Assembly: GCA_964016885.1 (NCBI GenBank)
Contig: OZ024745.1
Location: 32,674,001 to 32,738,000, forward strand
Reading direction: 5' to 3'
From: Eledone cirrhosa
Taxonomy: Eukaryota
DNA: 64,000 nt
Shown: piece by piece, positions 1 through 11,069 of the stretch
How positions within the stretch are numbered: position 1 is the stretch's first letter
How the letters are laid out: each line of letters begins with the position of its first letter
Translations under genes and position numbers: made by a program
Notes under the pieces: generated by a model
Told to the model about the DNA's origin: nothing
The model's input: the letters and a program-made list of their open reading frames with translations, nothing else
The model's database searches: none

Positions 1-167
1 AATGAGGTTGGTGTTAGGAAGGGCATCCAGCTGTAGAAATCAAGCCAAAATCAGTTCCTGTATGTGCAAGGCATGGTCAGCCGACCAGACACTGCCCACA
101 ACAGGACAACCCATCTAACCCATGCTAGCATGGAAGAACGGACGTAAAACGGTGATGATGATGATGA
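1..167 (+). mobile_element. 3' end of a SINE / non-LTR retroelement (5' part outside the window)
   Basis: Seen: motif GTTGGTGTTAGGAAGGGCATCCAGCTGTAGAAA at 7-39, perfect palindrome CCATGCTAGCATGG at 120-133, then a (TGA)5 tail at 153-167. A stem-loop followed by a short-repeat tail is the established 3' architecture of LINEs and their partner SINEs. From memory the sequence resembles abundant interspersed repeats of octopus/mollusc genomes. I did not verify that by search. Confidence 0.65.
153..167 (+). repeat. (TGA)5 microsatellite, probable retroelement tail
   Basis: tgatgatgatgatga read directly. Confidence 0.9.
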
Positions 168-180
168 GTATATAAAATAT

Positions 181-240
181 AAACACACATACTCACACAA
201 GTATAAATATATTCACACAAACATGCATATACTCACACAA
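181..240 (+). repeat. Degenerate ~20-bp repeat (three copies ending in TCACACAA) leading into the 37-bp minisatellite
   Basis: actcacacaa 191-200, attcacacaa 211-220, actcacacaa 231-240, at 20-bp spacing. Confidence 0.7.
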
Positions 241-498
241 GTGTAATAGCCAATTCACTACACATATACTCACACAAGTGTAATAGCCAATTCACTACAC
301 ATATACTCACACAATAGTAATAGCCAATTCACTACACATATACTCACACAAGTGTAATAGCCAATTCACTACACATATACTCACACAAGTGTAATAGCCA
401 ATTCACTACACATATACTCACACAATAGTAATAACCAATTCACTACACATATACTCACACAATAGTAATAACCAATTCACTACACATATATTCACGCA
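241..498 (+). repeat. 37-bp minisatellite, 7 copies, consensus (GT/TA)GTAATAGCCAATTCACTACACATATACTCACACAA
   Basis: Units start at 241, 278, 315, 352, 389, 426 and 463. Units 3, 6 and 7 begin TAGTAA. Units 6-7 have ATAACC for ATAGCC. The last unit decays at its end. Confidence 0.95.
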
Positions 499-529
499 TA
501 TATGTGTATATATGTGTGTATATATATAT
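499..529. repeat. Mixed (TA)n/(TG)n microsatellite
   Basis: tatatgtgtatatatgtgtgtatatatatat read directly, followed by one more TCACACAAGTGTAA remnant at 530-543. Confidence 0.85.
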
Positions 530-947
530 TCACACAAGTGTAACGCATTTTAGAATGCTGGTTGCTGTTTTCTATAGTTTGTCACTACCCACTTCCTTCC
601 TCAGCCATTTCACTTTCACTAAGTGATGGACAAATATATAAATAAATATACACACATTCGCTATTATTATAGTTGATCATCATAACATTGGTTGAGAAGG
701 GGACTTGTTTTTAACTATGGCCATTAAAACTAACTAACTGAAGAATGTGTCAATCTCATCCATTTCCTTTGGTAAAACCTCAACTTTCTTGTGTGACCAT
801 TTAAAAAGTATTTTATAATAAAATGTTATCATTGAATGTATTGATTTCATGCAACAGGTTATTGACAACAATGAAATGCTACAGAAATCTGATTTAGAGT
901 CTATCACTCCCAAAAGGACATAGCAAAATTTTGGATAATTGTTGAGG

Positions 948-3113
948 ATGAATGAACCTAAAATATCACTTCAGCCCAGGACGGAATACTATCAGAGGAA
1001 CAGAGATAGCCACAGTACTGAATACTATCAGAAGAACAAAGATAGCCACAGTACTAAATACCATCAGAGGAACAAAGATAGTCACAGTACTAAATACCAT
1101 CAGAGGAACAAAGATAGCCACAGTACTAAATACCATCAGAGGAACAAAGATAGCCACTGTACTAAATACCATCAGAGGAACAAAGATAGCCACAGTACTA
1201 AATATCATCAGAGGAACAAAGATAGCCACAGTACTAAATATCATCAGAGGAACAAAGATAGCCACAGTACTAAATATCATCAGAAGAACAAAGATAGCCA
1301 CTGTACTAAATACCATCAGAGGAACAAAGATAGCCACAGTACTAAATACCATCAGAAGAACAAAGATAGCCACAGTACTAAATACCATCAGAAGAACAAA
1401 GATAACCACAGTACTAAATACCATCAGAAGAACAAAGATAGCCACAGTACTAAATACCATCAGAAGAACAAAGATAGCCACAGTACTAAATACCATCAGA
1501 AGAACAAAGATAGCCACAGAACTAAATACCATCAGAAGAACAAAGATAGCCACAGTACTAAATACCATCAGAAGAACAAAGATAACCACAGTACTAAATA
1601 CCATCTGAAGAACAAAGATAGCCACAGTACTAAATACCATCAGAAGAACAAAGATAGCCACAGTACTAAATACCATCAGAAGAACAAAGATAGCCACAGT
1701 ACTAAATACCATCAGAAGAACAAAGATAGCCACAGTACTAAATACCATCAGAGGAACAAAGATAGCCACAGTACTAAATACCATCAGAGGAACAAAGATA
1801 GCCACAGTACTAAATATCATCAGAGGAACAAAGATAGCCACAGTACTAAATATCATCAGAGGAACAAAGATAGCCACAGTACTAAATATCATCAGAGGAA
1901 CAAAGATAGCCACAGTACTAAATATCATCAGAAGAACAAAGATAGCCACTGTGCTAAATACCATCAGAGGAACAAAGATAGCCACAGTACTAAATACCAT
2001 CAGAAGAACAAAGATAGCCACAGTACTAAATACCATCAGAAGAACAAAGATAACCACAGTACTAAATACCATCAGAAGAACAAAGATAGCCACAGTACTA
2101 AATACCATCAGAAGAACAAAGATAGCCACAGTACTAAATACCATCAGAAGAACAAAGATAGCCACAGTACTAAATACCATCAGAAGAACAAAGATAGCCA
2201 CAGTACTAAATACCATCAGAAGAACAAAGATAGCCACAGTACTAAATACCATCAGAAGAACAAAGATAGCCACAGTACTAAATACCATCAGAAGAACAAA
2301 GATAGCCACAGTACTAAATACCATCAGAGGAACAAAGATAGCCACAGTACTAAATACCATCAGAAGAACAAAGATAGCCACAGTACTAAATACCATCAGA
2401 AGAACAAAGATAGCCACAGTACTAAATACCATCATAAGAACAAAGATAGCCACAGTACTAAATACCATCAGAAGAACAAAGATAACCACAGTACTAAATA
2501 CCATCAGAAGAACAAAGATAGCCACAGTACTAAATACCATCAGAAGAACAAAGATAGCCACAGTACTAAATACCATCAGAAGAACAAAGATAGCCACAGT
2601 ACTAAATACCATCAGAAGAACAAAGATAGCCACAGTACCAAATACCATCAGAAGAACAAAGATAGCCACAGTACTAAATACCATCAGAAGAACAAAGATA
2701 GCCACAGTACTAAATACCATCAGAAGAACAAAGATAGCCACAGTACTAAATACCATCAGAGGAACAAAGATAGCCACAGTACTAAATACCATCAGAAGAA
2801 CAAAGATAGCCACAGTACTAAATACCATCAGAAGAACAAAGATAGCCACAGTACTAAATACCATCAGAAGAACAAAGATAGCCACAGTACTAAATACCAT
2901 CAGAAGAACAAAGATAGCCACAGTACTAAATACCATCATAAGAACAAAGATAGTCACAGTACTAAATACCATCAGAGGAACAAAGATAGCCACAGCACTA
3001 AATACCATCAGAAGAACAAAGATAGCCACAGTACTAAATACCATCAGGGGAACAAAGATAGCCACAGTACTAAATACCATCGGGGGAACAAAGATAGCCA
3101 CAGTACTAAATAG
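948..3113 (+). other. ATG-initiated ORF entering the array from unique sequence (MNEPKISLQPRT then KYHQ[K/R]NKDSHST x ~59), coding status unsupported
   Basis: ATG at 948 is in frame with the track ORF 939..3113 (whose start is TTG) and the ORF ends at a TAC>TAG variant. Openness is expected from the monomer. No promoter, domain or selection evidence. Confidence 0.12.
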
Positions 3114-6100
3114 CATCAGAGGAACAAAGATAGCCACAGTACTAAATACCATCAGAAGAACAAAGATAGCCACAGTACTAAATACCATAGAGAAGAACAA
3201 AAATAGCCACAGTACTAAATACCATCAGAGGAACAAAGATAGCCACAGTACTAAATACCATCAAAAGAACAAAGATAGCCACAGTACTAAATACCATCAG
3301 AAGAACAAAGATAGCCACAGTACTAAATACCATCGGGGGAACAAAGATAGCCACAGTACTAAATACCATCAGAAGAACAAAGATAGCCACAGTACTAAAT
3401 ACCATCAGAAGAACAAAGATAGCCACAGTACTAAATACCATCAGAGGAACAAAGATAGCCCCAGTACTAAATACTATCAGAGGAACAAAGATAGCCACAG
3501 TACTAAATACCATCAGAGGAACAAAGATAGCCCCTGTACTAAATACCATCAAAGGAACAAAGATAGCCCCAGTACTAAATACCATCAGAGGAACAAAGAT
3601 AGCCACAGTTCTAAATACCATCAGAGGAACAAAGATAGCCACAGTACTAAATACCATCAGAGGAACAAAGATAGCCACTGTACTAAATACCATCAGAAGA
3701 ACAAAGATAGCCACAGTACTAAATACCATCAGAAGAACAAAGATAGCCACAGTACTAAATACCATCAGAAGAACAAAGATAGCCACAGTACTAAATACCA
3801 TCAGAAGAACAAAGATAGCCACAGTACTAAATACCATCAGAAGAACAAAGATAGCCACAGTACTAAATACCATCAGAAGAACAAAGATAGCCACAGTACT
3901 AAATACCATCAGAAGAACAAAGATAGCCACAGTACTAAATACCATCAGAAGAACAAAGATAGCCACAGTACTAAATACCATCAGAAGAACAAAGATAGCC
4001 ACAGTACTAAATACCATCAGAGGAACAAAGATAGCCACAGTACTAAATATCATCAGAGGAACAAAGATAGCCACAGTACTAAATATCACCAGAGGAACAA
4101 AGATAGCCACAGTACTAAATATCATCAGAAGAACAAAGATAGCCACTGTACTAAATACCATCAGAGGAACAAAGATATCCACAGTACTAAATACCATCAG
4201 AAGAACAAAGATAGCCACAGTACTAAATACCATCAGAAGAACAAAGATAACCACAGTACTAAATACCATCAGAAGAACAAAGATAGCCACAGTACTAAAT
4301 ACCATCAGAAGAACAAAGATAGCCACAGTACTAAATACCATCAGAGGAACAAAGATAGCCACTGTACTAAATACCATCAGAGGAACAAAGATAGCCACAG
4401 TACTAAATATCATCAGAGGAACAAAGATAGCCACAGTACTAAATATCATCAGAGGAACAAAGATAGCCACAGTACTAAATATCATCAGAAGAACAAAGAT
4501 AGCCACTGTACTAAATACCATCAGAGGAACAAAGATAGCCACAGTACTAAATACCATCAGAAGAACAAAGATAGCCACAGTACTAAATACCATCAGAAGA
4601 ACAAAGATAACCACAGTACTAAATACCATCAGAAGAACAAAGATAGCCACAGTACTAAATACCATCAGAAGAACAAAGATAGCCACAGTACTAAATACCA
4701 TCAGAAGAACAAAGATAGCCACAGAACTAAATACCATCAGAAGAACAAAGATAGCCACAGTACTAAATACCATCAGAAGAACAAAGATAACCACAGTACT
4801 AAATACCATCTGAAGAACAAAGATAGCCACAGTACTAAATACCATCAGAAGAACAAAGATAGCCACAGTACTAAATACCATCAGAAGAACAAAGATAGCC
4901 ACAGTACTAAATACCATCAGAAGAACAAAGATAGCCACAGTACTAAATACCATCAGAGGAACAAAGATAGCCACAGTACTAAATACCATCAGAGGAACAA
5001 AGATAGCCACAGTACTAAATATCATCAGAGGAACAAAGATAGCCACAGTACTAAATATCATCAGAGGAACAAAGATAGCCACAGTACTAAATATCATCAG
5101 AGGAACAAAGATAGCCACAGTACTAAATATCATCAGAAGAACAAAGATAGCCACTGTGCTAAATACCATCAGAGGAACAAAGATAGCCACAGTACTAAAT
5201 ACCATCAGAAGAACAAAGATAGCCACAGTACTAAATACCATCAGAAGAACAAAGATAACCACAGTACTAAATACCATCAGAAGAACAAAGATAGCCACAG
5301 TACTAAATACCATCAGAAGAACAAAGATAGCCACAGTACTAAATACCATCAGAAGAACAAAGATAGCCACAGTACTAAATACCATCAGAAGAACAAAGAT
5401 AGCCACAGTACTAAATACCATCAGAAGAACAAAGATAGCCACAGTACTAAATACCATCAGAAGAACAAAGATAGCCACAGTACTAAATACCATCAGAAGA
5501 ACAAAGATAGCCACAGTACTAAATACCATCAGAGGAACAAAGATAGCCACAGTACTAAATACCATCAGAAGAACAAAGATAGCCACAGTACTAAATACCA
5601 TCAGAAGAACAAAGATAGCCACAGTACTAAATACCATCATAAGAACAAAGATAGCCACAGTACTAAATACCATCAGAAGAACAAAGATAACCACAGTACT
5701 AAATACCATCAGAAGAACAAAGATAGCCACAGTACTAAATACCATCAGAAGAACAAAGATAGCCACAGTACTAAATACCATCAGAAGAACAAAGATAGCC
5801 ACAGTACTAAATACCATCAGAAGAACAAAGATAGCCACAGTACCAAATACCATCAGAAGAACAAAGATAGCCACAGTACTAAATACCATCAGAAGAACAA
5901 AGATAGCCACAGTACTAAATACCATCAGAAGAACAAAGATAGCCACAGTACTAAATACCATCAGAGGAACAAAGATAGCCACAGTACTAAATACCATCAG
6001 AAGAACAAAGATAGCCACAGTACTAAATACCATCAGAAGAACAAAGATAGCCACAGTACTAAATACCATCAGAAGAACAAAGATAGCCACAGTACTAAAT

Positions 6101-7537
6101 ACCATCAGAAGAACAAAGATAGCCACAGTACTAAATACCATCATAAGAACAAAGATAGTCACAGTACTAAATACCATCAGAGGAACAAAGATAGCCACAG
6201 CACTAAATACCATCAGAAGAACAAAGATAGCCACAGTACTAAATACCATCAGGGGAACAAAGATAGCCACAGTACTAAATACCATCGGGGGAACAAAGAT
6301 AGCCACAGTACTAAATAGCATCAGAGGAACAAAGATAGCCACAGTACTAAATACCATCAGAAGAACAAAGATAGCCACAGTACTAAATACCATAGAGAAG
6401 AACAAAAATAGCCACAGTACTAAATACCATCAGAGGAACAAAGATAGCCACAGTACTAAATACCATCAAAAGAACAAAGATAGCCACAGTACTAAATACC
6501 ATCAGAAGAACAAAGATAGCCACAGTACTAAATACCATCGGGGGAACAAAGATAGCCACAGTACTAAATACCATCAGAAGAACAAAGATAGCCACAGTAC
6601 TAAATACCATCAGAAGAACAAAGATAGCCACAGTACTAAATACCATCAGAGGAACAAAGATAGCCCCAGTACTAAATACTATCAGAGGAACAAAGATAGC
6701 CACAGTACTAAATACCATCAGAGGAACAAAGATAGCCCCTGTACTAAATACCATCAAAGGAACAAAGATAGCCCCAGTACTAAATACCATCAGAGGAACA
6801 AAGATAGCCACAGTTCTAAATACCATCAGAGGAACAAAGATAGCCACAGTACTAAATACCATCAGAGGAACAAAGATAGCCACTGTACTAAATACCATCA
6901 GAAGAACAAAGATAGCCACAGTACTAAATACCATCAGAAGAACAAAGATAGCCACAGTACTAAATACCATCAGAAGAACAAAGATAGCCACAGTACTAAA
7001 TACCATCAGAAGAACAAAGATAGCCACAGTACTAAATACCATCAGAAGAACAAAGATAGCCACAGTACTAAATACCATCAGAAGAACAAAGATAGCCACA
7101 GTACTAAATACCATCAGAAGAACAAAGATAGCCACAGTACTAAATACCATCAGAAGAACAAAGATAGCCACAGTACTAAATACCATCAGAAGAACAAAGA
7201 TAGCCACAGTACTAAATACCATCAGAGGAACAAAGATAGCCACAGTACTAAATATCATCAGAGGAACAAAGATAGCCACAGTACTAAATATCACCAGAGG
7301 AACAAAGATAGCCACAGTACTAAATATCATCAGAAGAACAAAGATAGCCACTGTACTAAATACCATCAGAGGAACAAAGATATCCACAGTACTAAATACC
7401 ATCAGAAGAACAAAGATAGCCACAGTACTAAATACCATCAGAAGAACAAAGATAACCACAGTACTAAATACCATCAGAAGAACAAAGATAGCCACAGTAC
7501 TAAATACCATCAGAAGAACAAAGATAGCCACAGTACT
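1128..7537 (+). repeat. Higher-order repeat: tandem duplication of an 89-monomer block (3205 bp x 2)
   Basis: Rare variants recur at +3205: cacagaact 1519/4724, catctgaag 1605/4810, tgtgct 1951/5156, aaatagcat 3113/6318, +1 unit 3180/6385, gatatcc 4177/7382. Confidence 0.92.
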
Positions 7538-10500
7538 AAATACCATCAGAAGAACAAAGATAGCCACAGTACTAAATACCATCAGAAGAACAAAGATAGC
7601 CACAGTACTAAATACCATCAGAAGAACAAAGATAGCCACAGTACTAAATACCATCAGAAGAACAAAGATAGCCACAGTACTAAATACCATCAGAGGAACA
7701 AAGATAGCCACAGTACTAAATACCATCAGAAGAACAAAGATAGCCACAGTACTAAATACCATCAGAAGAACAAAGATAGCCACAGTACTAAATACCATCA
7801 GAAGAACAAAGATAGCCACAGTACTAAATACCATCAGAAGAACAAAGATAGCCACAGTACTAAATACCATCATAAGAACAAAGATAGTCACAGTACTAAA
7901 TACCATCAGAGGAACAAAGATAGCCACAGCACTAAATACCATCAGAAGAACAAAGATAGCCACAGTACTAAATACCATCAGGGGAACAAAGATAGCCACA
8001 GTACTAAATACCATCGGGGGAACAAAGATAGCCACAGTACTAAATACCATCAGAGGAACAAAGATAGCCACAGTACTAAATACCATCGGGGGAACAAAGA
8101 TAGCCACAGTACTAAATACCATCAGAGGAACAAAGATAGCCACAGTACTAAAAACCATCAGAAGAACAAAGATAGCCACAGTACTAAATACCATCAGAAG
8201 AACAAAGATAGCCACAGTACTAAATACCATCATAAGAACAAAGATAGCCCCTGTACTAAATACCATCAAAGGAACAAAGATAGCCCCAGTACTAAATACC
8301 ATCAGAGGAACAAAGATAGCCACAGTACTAAATACCATCAGAGGAACAAAGATAGCCACAGTACTAAATACCATCAGAAGAACAAAGATAGCCACAGTAC
8401 TAAATACCATCAGAAGAACAAAGATAGCCACAGTACTAAATACCATCAGAGGAACAAAGATAGCCCCAGTATTAAATACTATCAGAGGAACAAAGATAGC
8501 CACAGTACTAAATACCATCAGAGGAACAAAGATAGCCACAGTACTAAATACAATCAGAGGAACAAAGATAGCCACAGTACTAAATATCACCAGAGGAACA
8601 AAGATAGCCACAGTACTAAATATCATCAGAAGAACAAAGATAGCCACTGTACTAAATACCATCAGAGGAACAAAGATATCCACAGTACTAAATACCATCA
8701 GAAGAACAAAGATAGCCACAGTACTAAATACCATCAGAAGAACAAAGATAACCACAGTACTAAATACCATCAGAAGAACAAAGATAGCCACAGTACTAAA
8801 TACCATCAGAAGAACAAAGATAGCCACAGTACTAAATACCATCAGAAGAACAAAGATAGCCACAGTACTAAATACCATCAGAAGAACAAAGATAGCCACA
8901 GTACTAAATACCATCAGAAGAACAAAGATAGCCACAGTACTAAATACCATCAGAAGAACAAAGATAGCCACAGTACTAAATACCATCAGAGGAACAAAGA
9001 TAGCCACAGTACTAAATACCATCAGAAGAACAAAGATAGCCACAGTACTAAATACCATCAGAAGAACAAAGATAGCCACAGTACTAAATACCATCAGAAG
9101 AACAAAGATAGCCACAGTACTAAATACCATCAGAAGAACAAAGATAGCCACAGTACTAAATACCATCATAAGAACAAAGATAGTCACAGTACTAAATACC
9201 ATCAGAGGAACAAAGATAGCCACAGCACTAAATACCATCAGAAGAACAAAGATAGCCACAGTACTAAATACCATCAGAGGAACAAAGATAGCCACAGTAC
9301 TAAATACAATCAGAGGAACAAAGATAGCCACAGTACTAAATATCACCAGAGGAACAAAGATAGCCACAGTACTAAATATCATCAGAAGAACAAAGATAGC
9401 CACTGTACTAAATACCATCAGAGGAACAAAGATATCCACAGTACTAAATACCATCAGAAGAACAAAGATAGCCACAGTACTAAATACCATCAGAAGAACA
9501 AAGATAACCACAGTACTAAATACCATCAGAAGAACAAAGATAGCCACAGTACTAAATACCATCAGAAGAACAAAGATAGCCACAGTACTAAATACCATCA
9601 GAAGAACAAAGATAGCCACAGTACTAAATACCATCAGAAGAACAAAGATAGCCACAGTACTAAATACCATCAGAAGAACAAAGATAGCCACAGTACTAAA
9701 TACCATCAGAAGAACAAAGATAGCCACAGTACTAAATACCATCAGAGGAACAAAGATAGCCACAGTACTAAATACCATCAGAAGAACAAAGATAGCCACA
9801 GTACTAAATACCATCAGAAGAACAAAGATAGCCACAGTACTAAATACCATCAGAAGAACAAAGATAGCCACAGTACTAAATACCATCAGAAGAACAAAGA
9901 TAGCCACAGTACTAAATACCATCATAAGAACAAAGATAGTCACAGTACTAAATACCATCAGAGGAACAAAGATAGCCACAGCACTAAATACCATCAGAAG
10001 AACAAAGATAGCCACAGTACTAAATACCATCAGGGGAACAAAGATAGCCACAGTACTAAATACCATCGGGGGAACAAAGATAGCCACAGTACTAAATACC
10101 ATCAGAGGAACAAAGATAGCCACAGTACTAAATACCATCGGGGGAACAAAGATAGCCACAGTACTAAATACCATCAGAGGAACAAAGATAGCCACAGTAC
10201 TAAATACCATCAGAAGAACAAAGATAGCCACAGTACTAAATACCATCAGAAGAACAAAGATAGCCACAGTACTAAATACCATCAGAAGAACAAAGATAGC
10301 CACAGTACTAAATACCATCATAAGAACAAAGATAGCCCCTGTACTAAATACCATCAAAGGAACAAAGATAGCCCCAGTACTAAATACCATCAGAGGAACA
10401 AAGATAGCCACAGTACTAAATACCATCAGAGGAACAAAGATAGCCACAGTACTAAATACCATCAGAGGAACAAAGATAGCCCCAGTACTAAATACTATCA

Positions 10501-11069
10501 GAGGAACAAAGATAGCCACAGTACTAAATACCATCAGAGGAACAAAGATAGCCCCTGTACTAAATACCATCAAAGGAACAAAGATAGCCCCAGTACTAAA
10601 TACCATCAGAGGAACAAAGATAGCCACAGTTCTAAATACCATCAGAGGAACAAAGATAGCCACAGTACTAAATACCATCAGAGGAACAAAGATAGCCACT
10701 GTACTAAATACCATCAGAAGAACAAAGATAGCCACAGTACTAAATACCATCAGAAGAACAAAGATAGCCACAGTACTAAATACCATCAGAAGAACAAAGA
10801 TAGCCACAGTACTAAATACCATCAGAAGAACAAAGATAGCCACAGTACTAAATACCATCAGAAGAACAAAGATAGCCACAGTACTAAATACCATCAGAAG
10901 AACAAAGATAGCCACAGTACTAAATACCATCAGAAGAACAAAGATAGCCACAGTACTAAATACCATCAGAAGAACAAAGATAGCCACAGTACTAAATACC
11001 ATCAGAAGAACAAAGATAGCCACAGTACTAAATACCATCAGAAGAACAAAGATAGCCACAGTACTAAAT

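Noticed and set aside
630-830. TATA boxes / polyadenylation signals (TATAAAA, AATAAA at ~641 and ~817)
   Set aside because: These are expected by chance in AT-rich DNA, with no supported gene to attach them to.
1014-1019. AGTACT palindrome as a hairpin or recombination site
   Set aside because: It is only 6 bp and is mutated in many units (TGTACT, AGCACT, AGTACC, AGTTCT). It is useful only as a ScaI/RsaI diagnostic.
3180-3216. Programmed frameshift or phase-variation switch at the +1 monomer
   Set aside because: There is no slippery heptamer or variable homopolymer and no evidence of translation. Identical flanking variants show simple descent by duplication.
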